Below the pieces are notes generated by a model. It was not told the DNA's origin, did not search any database, and was given only the letters and a program-made list of their open reading frames with translations. The position numbers were made by a program, and so were the translations under genes. Below are positions 7,671 through 18,990 of a DNA stretch of 64,000 nt, piece by piece. Every line of letters begins with the position of its first letter. Position 1 is the first letter of the stretch. This stretch comes from Chryseolinea sp. (GTDB lineage: Bacteria > Bacteroidota > Bacteroidia > Cytophagales > Cyclobacteriaceae), in contig JBBJMI010000005.1 of NCBI GenBank assembly GCA_037720155.1, positions 255,686 through 319,685 on the forward strand. Reading direction: 5' to 3'.

Positions 7671-10076
7671 CTACTGCCAATTCAATACGATCTCTTCTCC
7701 ACTATACTCCATCTCAAACGACATCACGTTCTCTGTCGGCGCCGGCTCGGGGTCGTAGAAAGGGTCGAACTTGGCGAGCCCAGCGAAGTAGCTGTTCACA
7801 TCTTTTTTCAGCGTTACTTTTGCCCCGTTCACATCTAAATACTCAACGTTAAAATCAAGACCGTGAAAGATAACCATGAGCTTTGTAATGGTGGTCTGAT
7901 AAGTCCCTTCAACAGGGCCCAACGTCACGCGCTTATGAAACAATGACTGCGTAATCATCCTTCTGGCAAACTGACCCTTCTGATATTCAAACGTAGCGCC
8001 ATCATCATCATAGTAAAGGAACGACGCGTCGTGACCGGTATATACTTGCAGAATTAACAGCACCTGCTTCTCGGTTGTGTTGGAAACGATCGGCTGCATC
8101 GGAATCAGCGCACCGGCTTTAACGAAGACTGGCAGCTTTCTCAATGGACAGTCAATGATGTGCTCTGCGTTTCCATTATAGCGCTTACCGTCGTACAAAT
8201 AATACCACTCGCCTTCCGGCAGATAAACCCGCACGAATTCTTTGTCACTTTCGACAGGTGCTACCAGGAAGTAAGGACCAAACAGGTATTGATTTTGGAA
8301 CTGGCCGTCATAGACCTTGTGATTATGGGTATAGTCAACGGCAAGAGAGCGCTGTAGTGGCAAACCGGTTTCACTTGCATCGTAGAATAATGAATAGATA
8401 TATGGAAGAAGCTGATATCTGAATTTGATGTAATTTCTCGAGATCTGTTCGACCTCCTCACCATAGGACCATGGTTCGGAATCGCGCGTGTTAATCATTG
8501 AATGACCTCGGAAAAACGGCGCGAATGCACCGATTGATAGCCATCGCGCGAATAGTTTTGAGCTCGCCTCACCCACAAAGCCTCCGATGTCGTAACCTGC
8601 AAACGCAACACCGCTCATACCCATACACGATACCATGCGTACTCCCAGCATCATATGCTCGTCGTATGCAACGTTGTCGCCCGTCCAGACTGCTGCGTAG
8701 CGCTGCACACCCGCATAGCCCGACCGTGTCAGGTTGAAAGGACGCTTTCCTTTAAGCAGCGCCTTTGTCCCTTCGTAAGTGCTCCTGGCCATCTGATAAC
8801 CGTAAATATTTCTTCCGCGCCTCATCGACGACTGGTGTCCTTCGAAGCTCAACTCAATGTTCTCTGGAAGCATTTGGCCCCAGGTAGCAATTTCATTCAT
8901 ATCATTCCAAAAGCCTTCAACGCCAAGGCTAATGGTCTCTTCGAATTGATCCTGCCACCACTGACGGGTCTTTGGATTGGTAAAGTCCGGAAAGTGACAC
9001 CAGCCTGGCCACACCTGTCCCGAATAGGGGGTGCCATCAGGATACTTGATAAAAACATCGTCTTTCAGACCATCTTCATATGCCTTATATCCTGCCTCGA
9101 CTTTTATTCCGGGATCACACATGATGACGATCTGAAAACCCATGAGCTTAAGCTGATCCATTAAACGGCGCGGATCGGGAAAATCCTTCTTGTCCCAGGT
9201 AAAGATCTTGTATTCATCCATGTAGTGGATGTCCATCACGATCACGTCGGCTGGAATGTCTTTATCGCGGAATGTTCTGGCGAGCGTCAATACTTCTTTG
9301 TCCGGGTAGTAGCTGTACCTACACTGCTGGTAGCCGATACTCCACTTCGGCGGCATTTCCATTCTGCCAGTGAGGTGCGTGTAGTGCTTAATAATTCCCG
9401 TAACCGAGGTGTCGTAGATGAAATAATAATTCATTTCACCTGCATCAGCCGCAAAACTGGAGAAACGGTTATTGGAAGCACCAAAATTAAAAAACGACTT
9501 ATGCGTATTGTCGAAGAATATACCGTATGCCAGGTGATGGTGAATACCCATGTAAAACGGGATGGAGCTATACAGCGGATCCGCGCCTGGGCTATACGCA
9601 AAGCTGTCGGTGTTCCAATTCTGATAGCCACCGCCACGCCGATCAAGCGGGCCGGTTTTTTCACCCAATCCCACAAACCGTTCGCCTTCCTGCAGCTTTT
9701 TATAAGTTGTTACTTGTTCACCATTCCAGCTTGTTCCAAAGGCAGCATCGTCCTCATTAATAATGCGATGATCGGGCGTCAGAAAAGTGAATCTGACCGG
9801 AGCTTTCGTGATCTGTATAATAACCTCCCTTGTTTTTATTGCAAGGTGATGTTCATTCTCCGTTACGGAAAAGACTGCAGGTTGCGGCAATGCAACCACT
9901 GCATAGGAGAAGTCTTCAAATACATCATCTTTAGTGATGACAACGCGAACCACGTTATCATTATATAGAATCACCTTAAACTTACCATGGTCGGTTACTC
10001 CTTGAATCCCGTCAACGATAGTTGTCCAATTCGTTAACGTGCCAAGGCTATGGCTGAGCGAACTATTTAGCGACAT
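7671..10076 (-). CDS. Glycoside hydrolase family 31 alpha-glucosidase
   Basis: 801 aa. The GH31 nucleophile motif is GVEGFWNDMNE and the acid/base region is AAVWTGDNVAY. Confidence 0.92.
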   Translation of the reverse strand: MSLNSSLSHSLGTLTNWTTIVDGIQGVTDHGKFKVILYNDNVVRVVITKDDVFEDFSYAVVALPQPAVFSVTENEHHLAIKTREVIIQITKAPVRFTFLTPDHRIINEDDAAFGTSWNGEQVTTYKKLQEGERFVGLGEKTGPLDRRGGGYQNWNTDSFAYSPGADPLYSSIPFYMGIHHHLAYGIFFDNTHKSFFNFGASNNRFSSFAADAGEMNYYFIYDTSVTGIIKHYTHLTGRMEMPPKWSIGYQQCRYSYYPDKEVLTLARTFRDKDIPADVIVMDIHYMDEYKIFTWDKKDFPDPRRLMDQLKLMGFQIVIMCDPGIKVEAGYKAYEDGLKDDVFIKYPDGTPYSGQVWPGWCHFPDFTNPKTRQWWQDQFEETISLGVEGFWNDMNEIATWGQMLPENIELSFEGHQSSMRRGRNIYGYQMARSTYEGTKALLKGKRPFNLTRSGYAGVQRYAAVWTGDNVAYDEHMMLGVRMVSCMGMSGVAFAGYDIGGFVGEASSKLFARWLSIGAFAPFFRGHSMINTRDSEPWSYGEEVEQISRNYIKFRYQLLPYIYSLFYDASETGLPLQRSLAVDYTHNHKVYDGQFQNQYLFGPYFLVAPVESDKEFVRVYLPEGEWYYLYDGKRYNGNAEHIIDCPLRKLPVFVKAGALIPMQPIVSNTTEKQVLLILQVYTGHDASFLYYDDDGATFEYQKGQFARRMITQSLFHKRVTLGPVEGTYQTTITKLMVIFHGLDFNVEYLDVNGAKVTLKKDVNSYFAGLAKFDPFYDPEPAPTENVMSFEMEYSGEEIVLNWQ

Positions 10077-10172
10077 TGTTATTCAGTGCTTTAGCAATTG
10101 CCGATTTAGCGATTGGTCATGCGACAAACGATGGGAATCAACCACTAAACACCTAACCACTAAATCACAAAA

Positions 10173-11219
10173 TTATTTCCCTTTTCCCGACTTAAGCGAA
10201 GAGTCGCGCACGACAAGTTTTGTCTTCAGGATTTTTGTTTCAGGAGTAGGATCCTCATTGTCTTTAGACTTGAATTCGATCTGCCGGATGAGAAGTCTTG
10301 CAGCTTCCTGACCCATTTCGAAGCCAGGCTGATCTACGGAAGTCAGTGGTGGTTCGAGAAGCCCGCTAAAGAACCAGTTACTGAAACCAACGACTGCTAC
10401 GTCCTTGGGAATTTTTAAACCGGCTTCCTTGATTGCCTGCATGGCACCCATTGCAGCAGGATCATTTGTAGCGAATATTGCGTCCGGAGGGGTATCCAAT
10501 TTCAGCAGTTGTTCAGTTGCAGATTTGCCTTCTTCGATAGATCCCTGGGGACAAGAAATTATTAATTCTTTGATGACGGGGATATTGCTTTCCGTCAAAG
10601 CCTGGACGTATCCTTCCAGTCGTTGTTTGGTAATGCCGAGGTTTGGCGGACCTTCCAAATGCGCAATGCGCCTACAGCCCTGATCGATCAAATGTTGTGT
10701 TGCTTCCTTGGCACCGCTAAGGTCGTCAACGATGACCATGCTGGAATTAGCGTTTTCATAAACGCGATCAAAAAACACCATTGGAACTCCTTTGGCAAGA
10801 ATTCCTTCGATGTGCTCAAAATTACTGGTCTCGCGAGATAAAGAGATGAGCATGCCATCGACGCGGCTATTGAAGAGTGCCTTGATATTGGTTTTTTCGC
10901 GCACCAGCGATTCATTTGACTGCGTGATGATGACGTTATAACCCGCGCTATAGGCGACATCCTCAATTCCACTAATAACTGTCGAAAAAAAGAAGTGCAC
11001 CAATTCCGGAATGATGATGCCGAGCGTGTTTGTTTTGCTTTGTCGCAAGCTAAGGGCGACAATGTTTGGCTGGTAATTAAGTTTTTCCGCCAACTCATTC
11101 ACTGCCTTTTTGGTCTGTGGACTAATGTCTGGATGGTCCTTCAAGGCACGAGAAACAGTCGATGGGGAAATGCCCAGCTCGCGGGCTATATCCTTTATAG
11201 TTACTTGATTGTACTTCAT
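10173..11219 (-). CDS. LacI-family transcriptional regulator
   Basis: The N-terminal HTH reads VTIKDIARELGISPSTVSRALKDHPDIS. It is followed by a periplasmic-binding-protein-like sugar-binding core. 348 aa. Confidence 0.92.
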   Translation of the reverse strand: MKYNQVTIKDIARELGISPSTVSRALKDHPDISPQTKKAVNELAEKLNYQPNIVALSLRQSKTNTLGIIIPELVHFFFSTVISGIEDVAYSAGYNVIITQSNESLVREKTNIKALFNSRVDGMLISLSRETSNFEHIEGILAKGVPMVFFDRVYENANSSMVIVDDLSGAKEATQHLIDQGCRRIAHLEGPPNLGITKQRLEGYVQALTESNIPVIKELIISCPQGSIEEGKSATEQLLKLDTPPDAIFATNDPAAMGAMQAIKEAGLKIPKDVAVVGFSNWFFSGLLEPPLTSVDQPGFEMGQEAARLLIRQIEFKSKDNEDPTPETKILKTKLVVRDSSLKSGKGK

Positions 11220-11376
11220 ATCTGCAAGATTAAAAACTCTTGCGGGATCACCGCAATCAGTTGCAGAAATATTTTTTTATCCGCAATCGATTGTTTTGGC
11301 TCAAATCATCACTTTTCACGGCGACACCTCAAAAGAAGGAAATTAACTTGCACAAGCACTTGAAGAGGCGATATTT

Positions 11377-11390
11377 TGCAATGGTTTGCA
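11377..11390. promoter_or_regulatory. Candidate LacI-type operator TGCAATGGTTTGCA
   Basis: Perfect 5+5 inverted arms (TGCAA/TTGCA). It matches 9 of the 10 specified positions of the generic LacI-family pattern TGnAAnCGnTTnCA. It lies in the divergent region between the LacI gene and the 11478 gene. Confidence 0.3.
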
Positions 11391-11477
11391 TTACTTGTTG
11401 CGACATATACCTCGTGTTTGGGAGCGTCGTGCCAGCCAAAGATTAAGTTGAAATTTACTCCTCGAAAATCAAAATAA

Positions 11478-12815
11478 GTGAATCATCAAATGAGAAAAGC
11501 CACGCTCGCTTGTATTCTACTCCTCACCGCCTGTTCAACAGAACAGGGAGATTGGAAAACCAAAGCTCACAATCCTGAATTCCTTCATCGCTCCGTCAAG
11601 GCAATCACCAACATCATTGTTCATGACATCCTTTCCCCACCCGTGGCGTCGAGAATATACACCTATATTAGTGTTGCAGGGTATGAGGCTGCTAGGCAGC
11701 ACGATAAAAAATTCGTTTCACTTGCCGGTCAGATGAATGAACTCGAAGCATTCCCTCAGCCGACTGCAAATGCGGAATATTGTTTTACGCTCGCTTCCGT
11801 TCAGGCTACGCTGAAGGTCGGGCGCGCTTTGATATTCTCTGAGGACAAGCTTGATGCCTTCTACAAAAAGGTGATGGATGAATTAAAAGATACGGGTATC
11901 CCTGACGATGTTTTCGAGCGCTCCCTGGATTACGGCACACAAATCGCCGATCACGTTATTGCATGGTCAGGAAAAGATAACTACAAGCAAAGCCGTTCAT
12001 TTGCCAAGTATTCAATACTCGATGATCCCGCGACCTGGAAGCCAACACCGCCCGCCTACATGGACGCCGTTGAGCCTCATTGGAATAAAATCCGGCCATT
12101 TGCGATAGATTCTGCGGCCCAGTTCCGGCCCAAGCCGGGGACTCCATTTTCGCTAGCCAAGGATAGCCAGTTCTATAAGGACGCACAGGAAGTGTATGAT
12201 ATGGGCACCAGTTTAACAGAGGAGCAACGTGAAATCGCATCCTTTTGGGACTGCAATCCTTTTGTATTGAATGTGAAAGGCCACGTCATGTTCGCGACCA
12301 AGAAGATTTCACCTGGTGGTCACTGGATGAATATTACCCATGTGGCATGTGCAGCGAAGAAAGCCGACATCGCACAGTCAGCGGAAGCGTACGTCCGTGT
12401 TGCAATCTCACTCGTTGATGGTTTTATTTCCTGCTGGGATGAAAAATACAGGAGTCGATTGATTCGCCCTGAAACGTATATTAATCAACACGTGGACGAA
12501 AATTGGGTTCCATTGCTTCAGACTCCTCCCTTCCCAGAATATACCAGTGGTCACAGTGTCATATCTGGAGCTGCCTCTGTCGCCCTCACCAAGATCTTCG
12601 GTGACAATTTCGCGTATGTGGATTCCACAGAGATCGAATTTGGTTTGACAGTTCGAAACTTCAAATCATTTAATCATGCAGCGGACGAGGCTGCCATAAG
12701 CCGTTTTTATGGTGGAATTCATTACCGTCCCGCGTGTGAGAACGGACTGTTGCAAGGGCGGTCCGTGGGCGAATTCATCGCGACTAAATTAAAGACACGG
12801 GCGGATTCAAATTAG
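11478..12815 (+). CDS. PAP2-superfamily protein, vanadium-dependent haloperoxidase / acid-phosphatase-like lipoprotein
   Basis: The leader contains ILLLTACS. The three PAP2 motifs are K-x6-RP (KYRSRLIRP), SGH (PEYTSGHS) and SR-x5-H (SRFYGGIHYRP). Confidence 0.75.
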   Translation: MNHQMRKATLACILLLTACSTEQGDWKTKAHNPEFLHRSVKAITNIIVHDILSPPVASRIYTYISVAGYEAARQHDKKFVSLAGQMNELEAFPQPTANAEYCFTLASVQATLKVGRALIFSEDKLDAFYKKVMDELKDTGIPDDVFERSLDYGTQIADHVIAWSGKDNYKQSRSFAKYSILDDPATWKPTPPAYMDAVEPHWNKIRPFAIDSAAQFRPKPGTPFSLAKDSQFYKDAQEVYDMGTSLTEEQREIASFWDCNPFVLNVKGHVMFATKKISPGGHWMNITHVACAAKKADIAQSAEAYVRVAISLVDGFISCWDEKYRSRLIRPETYINQHVDENWVPLLQTPPFPEYTSGHSVISGAASVALTKIFGDNFAYVDSTEIEFGLTVRNFKSFNHAADEAAISRFYGGIHYRPACENGLLQGRSVGEFIATKLKTRADSN

Positions 12816-12877
12816 GCCCACCTCACATGGCGAAGACAATTGATTTACGCGGTTGCTGGATCAATCTTGCCAAGAAT

Positions 12878-12899
12878 ATTGTTTGAGGCGATAAACAAT
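12878..12899. promoter_or_regulatory. Inverted repeat ATTGTTT-N8-AAACAAT upstream of glpF (possible operator)
   Basis: A perfect 7-bp inverted repeat sits 45 nt upstream of the glpF ATG. It is AT-rich and has no T-tract, so it is a poor terminator. Confidence 0.2.
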
Positions 12900-12943
12900 C
12901 GATTACGCTTTCGCTATATTGTTGGCCACGCAACCCCCGCCAT

Positions 12944-13651
12944 ATGAGTCCATACGCAGCTGAGTTCTTTGGTACAATGATCATGATCCTCCTGGGTGAG
13001 GGGGTCGTCGCTGGTGTTGTATTGAAGGGTACAAAAGCTGAAAATGCAGGATGGCTCACCATCGTCATTGCATGGGGTATGGCCGTTACGTTGGCAATCT
13101 ATGCTGTCGGACGGATTAGCGGAGCCCACCTCAATCCAGCAATCACCATCGCGCTCTATTTCACTGGCGATTTCCCAGGCCATCAGGTTCCCGGTTATAT
13201 TCTCGCGCAGTTTGCAGGCGCCTTTGCAGGAGCCACTTTGGTTTGGATTCACTACGGTCCGCATTGGAAGTTGACAGAAGATCCGGCAAGAAAGTTGGCT
13301 GTCTTTTGTACGGCGCCAGCAGTGCGTTCAATGGGCTCAAACCTGATTGGTGAAATCATCGCCACGGCGATATTGGTTTTGGGAATCCTGTTTATCGGTG
13401 AAAATAAATTTACGGAGGGCCTTAACCCGATGGTAGTTGGTGGTCTCATTATTTCAATTGGGCTTGGACTCGGAGGTACCACCGGATTCGCTATCAATCC
13501 CGCGCGGGATCTCGCGCCACGCATCGCTCATTTTATTCTACCTATCCATGGGAAAGGTTCTTCTGATTGGTCATACAGCTGGGTACCAGTAGTCGGTCCG
13601 TTGCTTGGAGGTCTGCTGGGGGCTTGGTGCTTCAAGGCTTTGTTCTCATAG
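12944..13651 (+). CDS. glpF: Aquaglyceroporin (MIP family glycerol facilitator)
   Basis: It has two NPA boxes (SGAHLNPAITIA and GFAINPARDLAPR). It has six hydrophobic segments. It precedes glpK. Confidence 0.9.
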   Translation: MSPYAAEFFGTMIMILLGEGVVAGVVLKGTKAENAGWLTIVIAWGMAVTLAIYAVGRISGAHLNPAITIALYFTGDFPGHQVPGYILAQFAGAFAGATLVWIHYGPHWKLTEDPARKLAVFCTAPAVRSMGSNLIGEIIATAILVLGILFIGENKFTEGLNPMVVGGLIISIGLGLGGTTGFAINPARDLAPRIAHFILPIHGKGSSDWSYSWVPVVGPLLGGLLGAWCFKALFS

Positions 13652-13699
13652 CGGATCGCATGCCAGGTTAAATACCAGGCCAACGGAATTTATCTATGA

Positions 13700-15202
<1,503 letters not shown>

Positions 15203-15245
15203 TTAACAAGATGACAAATGCTCACAATTTGAAAAAATCTGACGC

Positions 15246-16889
15246 TTGACAGCATTCTCTTGTAATCATCGCCCTGATATTTTACAAAAGCTCACGACTG
15301 AGCATTTCGATCTGCTTATAATAGGCGGTGGGATCACTGGCGCCGGAATCGCTTTAGATGCCGCGTCAAGAGGATTAAAAACGGCCCTCATTGAAAAACG
15401 CGACTTTGCTTTTGGAACCAGCAGCCGCTCTACAAAACTTATACACGGTGGACTTCGCTACCTGAAGCAACTCGAGTTTGGGTTGGTGAAAGAGGTCGGG
15501 AGTGAACGCGCAGTTGTTCACAGGCTTGCTCCACACCTTGTCGTGCCGGAAAAAATGCTTTTACCGCTTTCGGATAAAAAAGGACTTGGTTATTGGTTAA
15601 CGTCTGCTGGACTAAAAATTTATGACTGGCTGGCTGGCGTGGCTCCCGAAGATCAACGAAGAATGCTCTCGAAAGTTCAAACGCTTAAGTATGAGCCGAT
15701 GTTACGCTCGGAAGACGTGAAAGGCGGAGCGATCTATGCCGAATACAGAACCGACGACGCACGCCTTACCATTGAAATCGTTAAAGAGGCATTTCACCAG
15801 GGTGCCACGATCCTCAGTTATGCATGCGCTGTAGATTTCGTTTATGATGGAGGTAACGTTAGTGGTGTCCAGGTCGAGGAGTCGTATACGAAAGAAAAAT
15901 TTATTGTGAACGCGTCGGTGGTGGTGAGCGCCGCCGGCCCATGGGTCGATGAGCTACGGGTCATTAATAAATCAAAGACCGGCAAGCGACTTCATCTCAC
16001 GAAAGGCGTGCACATCGTTGTTGCTCACCAGCGATTGCCGGTGAAGCAGGCAATTTACTTTGACGTCGACGATGGACGGATGATCTTTGCGATCCCTCGT
16101 GGTCAGATAACCTATATCGGGACGACCGATACTAACTACGAAGGAGATAAAGACCACGTATGGGCTACGTTGCAAGATGCCCAGTACCTCGTCAATGCCG
16201 TTAACGCGACCTTTCCTGATGCGCGATTAACCATCGAAGACATTGAGTCAAGTTGGGCTGGCCTACGTCCCCTGATCCACGAAGAAGGAAAATCCGCTTC
16301 GGAACTTTCGCGCAAAGATGAAATATTCGAATCACCGACAGCATTGATTTCGATCGCTGGAGGAAAATTAACCGGGTATCGGAAAATGGCCGAGCGGGTA
16401 GTTGATCTTGTTATCAAAAAGCATTTTAGTGATAAACACTTTAAAGCTTGTAAAACAGCTCAGATAAGGTTTGGGGGCCACCACTTTGGCACTACAAAAG
16501 ACGTAAGAAAATTCAAGGAGAGTCTGTATCCGAGAGCAGGGGCGTTGGGTTTTCAGGACAGTGTTACAAATTATCTCGTCGAAAATTACGGCATGGAAGC
16601 TGAGCATATAATTGCCCAGGCAGACGCTGATCTTTCTTCCCTTGAAAATGCTCTTCGATTAATCCGTAGCGAGCTTTCCCATTGCATTGACAAAGAAATG
16701 GTCTGTACGCTGTGTGATTTTTTCATAAGGCGGACAGGAATGATATACTTTGATATTTACCGCGTCATTAAATGGAAGAAAATTGTTTCTGAAATTTTTC
16801 AGGAGCGATTTAGATGGAGCGCTCAAAGAATGAAAATGGAGCAAGAGGAACTTGACACAGCACTTCTAAAGGTCAGAAATTTTCATTGA
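15246..16889 (+). CDS. glpD: FAD-dependent glycerol-3-phosphate dehydrogenase
   Basis: The FAD site is DLLIIGGGITGAGIALDAASRG, followed by SSRSTKLIHGGLRYL. It has a TTG start because no in-frame ATG is available. 547 aa. Confidence 0.9.
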   Translation: MTAFSCNHRPDILQKLTTEHFDLLIIGGGITGAGIALDAASRGLKTALIEKRDFAFGTSSRSTKLIHGGLRYLKQLEFGLVKEVGSERAVVHRLAPHLVVPEKMLLPLSDKKGLGYWLTSAGLKIYDWLAGVAPEDQRRMLSKVQTLKYEPMLRSEDVKGGAIYAEYRTDDARLTIEIVKEAFHQGATILSYACAVDFVYDGGNVSGVQVEESYTKEKFIVNASVVVSAAGPWVDELRVINKSKTGKRLHLTKGVHIVVAHQRLPVKQAIYFDVDDGRMIFAIPRGQITYIGTTDTNYEGDKDHVWATLQDAQYLVNAVNATFPDARLTIEDIESSWAGLRPLIHEEGKSASELSRKDEIFESPTALISIAGGKLTGYRKMAERVVDLVIKKHFSDKHFKACKTAQIRFGGHHFGTTKDVRKFKESLYPRAGALGFQDSVTNYLVENYGMEAEHIIAQADADLSSLENALRLIRSELSHCIDKEMVCTLCDFFIRRTGMIYFDIYRVIKWKKIVSEIFQERFRWSAQRMKMEQEELDTALLKVRNFH

Positions 16890-16965
16890 ATGGGAGGCGC
16901 CAAGGTGTTCACATTAAATTCGCGCGACGCGGGTAAATAATCGGGCCAGTCTGTTAAATTACGCC

Positions 16966-16979
16966 TGGAAACGTTTGAT
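16966..16979. promoter_or_regulatory. Candidate LacI-type operator half-palindrome TGGAAACGTTTGAT
   Basis: The central AAACGTTT is a perfect 8-bp palindrome. It matches the left half and centre of TGnAAnCGnTTnCA. It sits 12 nt upstream of the ROK kinase ATG. Confidence 0.25.
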
Positions 16980-16990
16980 TTTAAAGATTA

Positions 16991-17923
16991 ATGAATAACA
17001 AAAGCGGCTTCAAGCCCGGAAATCTGTGGGGCATTGATCTCGGGGGAACGAAGATCGAAGGCCTTATCCTGGCCTCGGCGGAAGATCCACAGGTATTATT
17101 TCGTGACCGGGTTCCCACTGAGGCAGACAAGGGCTATCAAAGTATTCTGTCTCAAGTTAAAAAGCTGGTGAAGATGATGTCAGAGGCGGCGGCCTATACG
17201 CCAAATCGCATTGGGTTTGCTACCCCTGGCATACTTGATCCGAAATTGGGTGTGATGAAAAATTGCAATACAGTGGCGATGAATGGCAAGCCGATGAAGG
17301 CCGACCTTCAAAACCAACTCGGCATTGGGATAGAGATTGCGAATGACGCTGATTGTTTTGCCCTCGCCGAGGCGCAATTTGGTGTTGTGAAGCAGCAATT
17401 TCCGGGTGCACGCATAGTATTTGGCGTCATACTGGGCACTGGCGTTGGGGGTGGTATTGTCGTTGATAATAAAGCAATTATAGGATTGCAGGGAATAGCG
17501 GGCGAGTGGGGGCACAATTACCTCGATGAATCCGGGGGACCTTGTTACTGCGGCAAATCGGGGTGCGTGGAAAAGGTTATATCGGGACCTGCCCTAGAAC
17601 AATATTATTTGAAAGAATCGGGCAATAAGAAAACCCTGAAAGAAATCGTATCACTTTCTGAATCTGGTGCTGATCCTTTCGCAGCAAAAACAATGGCAAG
17701 ACTGGTTGATTTTTTCGGAAAGGCCCTTAGCGTCGTGATCAATATCCTGGATCCCGACGTTGTTGTGATTGGTGGTGGAGTTGGAAATGTCGACCTTATA
17801 TACACTACCGGAATGGATTCGCTTCGTAAAAATGTTTTTAACAACCGTCTGGACACGCCTGTAGTCCGGCCGTTGCTGGGTGACAGCGCGGGTGTTTATG
17901 GCGCTGCGTTTTTGGTAAATTGA
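16991..17923 (+). CDS. ROK-family sugar kinase (glucokinase / N-acetylglucosamine kinase / fructokinase type)
   Basis: The ATP site is WGIDLGGTKIE. The ROK zinc motif is GHNYLDESGGPCYCGKSGCVE. 310 aa. Confidence 0.85.
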   Translation: MNNKSGFKPGNLWGIDLGGTKIEGLILASAEDPQVLFRDRVPTEADKGYQSILSQVKKLVKMMSEAAAYTPNRIGFATPGILDPKLGVMKNCNTVAMNGKPMKADLQNQLGIGIEIANDADCFALAEAQFGVVKQQFPGARIVFGVILGTGVGGGIVVDNKAIIGLQGIAGEWGHNYLDESGGPCYCGKSGCVEKVISGPALEQYYLKESGNKKTLKEIVSLSESGADPFAAKTMARLVDFFGKALSVVINILDPDVVVIGGGVGNVDLIYTTGMDSLRKNVFNNRLDTPVVRPLLGDSAGVYGAAFLVN

Positions 17924-17968
17924 GATTGTGGAGATTAGTGACGAGTAGAAAATGTAAATGATGCATCG

Positions 17969-18949
17969 ATGAAACAAATAGCAGTGATAGGACCCATACC
18001 AAGGGATCATATTGTCACCCATCAGGGAGATTTGATTCAAAAGTGGGGATGTGTGACCCATCCGGTTGTTGCGCTTTCTGTTCTCGCTGGGAAGGAGATA
18101 GAGGTTATCCCGGTAAGTCATTTGCGTAACGTTGACGTTGACAATGTCAAAGAAGTTTTCCGAGGATACGACGGTATAAACCTGAAGCACATGTCGTGTA
18201 AGAACGATCAGGGCGACATCATCAGCTTAAAGTTTGTCGACATGAATAATCGCATCGAAAGGCAGACGGGATTCATGGATCCGATCATGCCATCCGACGT
18301 AAAAAATCTGTTGAATTGCAAAGTGTTCGTGTTTATACCCATCAGTGATTATGAAATTTCACTGGATACTCTGAAGTTTCTAAAGAAGAACAGCAAAGGC
18401 ATCATCATCTTTGATGCACACGGCCCTACCACTGCGTGCCTTTTCACTGGCGAGCGACAGCGTAAATTTTGGATCGACCGTGATCAGTGGTTGCCATATA
18501 TCGATGTTCTAAAGATGAATCTTGAAGAAGCGCATGCCTGCTGGTTCAAGAAAGAATATGAAACGCGCGATTACTATGTTGAAGCGGAAAACGTTGACCG
18601 AGATACGCTGCGTGAATTCGCGGTGCACTGTCTTAACATCGGAGTGAAATGCGTCTACATCACTGTTGACTCGCGCGGGTGCCTGACCTATTTTAAATCG
18701 AAAGGAAAGCTTGTAGAGGAAATGGTACCGGCCGTGAAAGTAGATAACGTTGTGGATACAACGGGCTGTGGTGACTCATTTGCGGGAGGTGTGGGTTTCG
18801 GTCTGCTTCAGAAACCCTATGACTATATCGGCGCCGCACGTTATGGGAATACTCTTGGGGCCTTACGCACCCAGGGTAAGACATTTGCGGTATTCAAATC
18901 ATTAGAGGAAACAAATCGGATCATTAACGAAACTTATTCACTGAGATAA
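17969..18949 (+). CDS. PfkB-family carbohydrate kinase, substrate unknown
   Basis: The C-terminal PfkB signature is VVDTTGCGDSFAGGVG. 326 aa. The N-terminal region is divergent. Confidence 0.8.
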   Translation: MKQIAVIGPIPRDHIVTHQGDLIQKWGCVTHPVVALSVLAGKEIEVIPVSHLRNVDVDNVKEVFRGYDGINLKHMSCKNDQGDIISLKFVDMNNRIERQTGFMDPIMPSDVKNLLNCKVFVFIPISDYEISLDTLKFLKKNSKGIIIFDAHGPTTACLFTGERQRKFWIDRDQWLPYIDVLKMNLEEAHACWFKKEYETRDYYVEAENVDRDTLREFAVHCLNIGVKCVYITVDSRGCLTYFKSKGKLVEEMVPAVKVDNVVDTTGCGDSFAGGVGFGLLQKPYDYIGAARYGNTLGALRTQGKTFAVFKSLEETNRIINETYSLR

Positions 18950-18990
18950 GGCTTTTTTGATTCCTTCGCTTATTAAAAAAAACTCCAGCT

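Noticed and set aside
9225-9968. Long antisense ORFs opposite well-supported genes. Examples are 9225-9968 (247 aa) and 8655-9164 opposite GH31, 19388-20293 (301 aa) opposite pgmB/GH65, 17651-18190 opposite the ROK/PfkB genes, 43218-43661 opposite the SDR, 62363-62881 opposite the Gfo gene and 47882-48283 opposite the Tat-Gfo gene.
   Set aside because: The opposite strand carries unmistakable family motifs in every case. The antisense translations are low-complexity or Arg/Ser/Pro-rich with no motifs. They are shadow ORFs of the kind expected at this GC content.
15246-15248. A concentration of non-ATG starts: GTG for the ECF sigma, and TTG for glpD, pgmB, the TPR kinase and the CHASE2-like gene. 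I considered this as a possible sign of frameshifts or pseudogenes.
   Set aside because: In each case the downstream protein is full length, with its N-terminal motifs intact (for example the glpD FAD site and pgmB DxD motif I). There is no in-frame ATG upstream. These are more simply explained as genuine alternative start codons.
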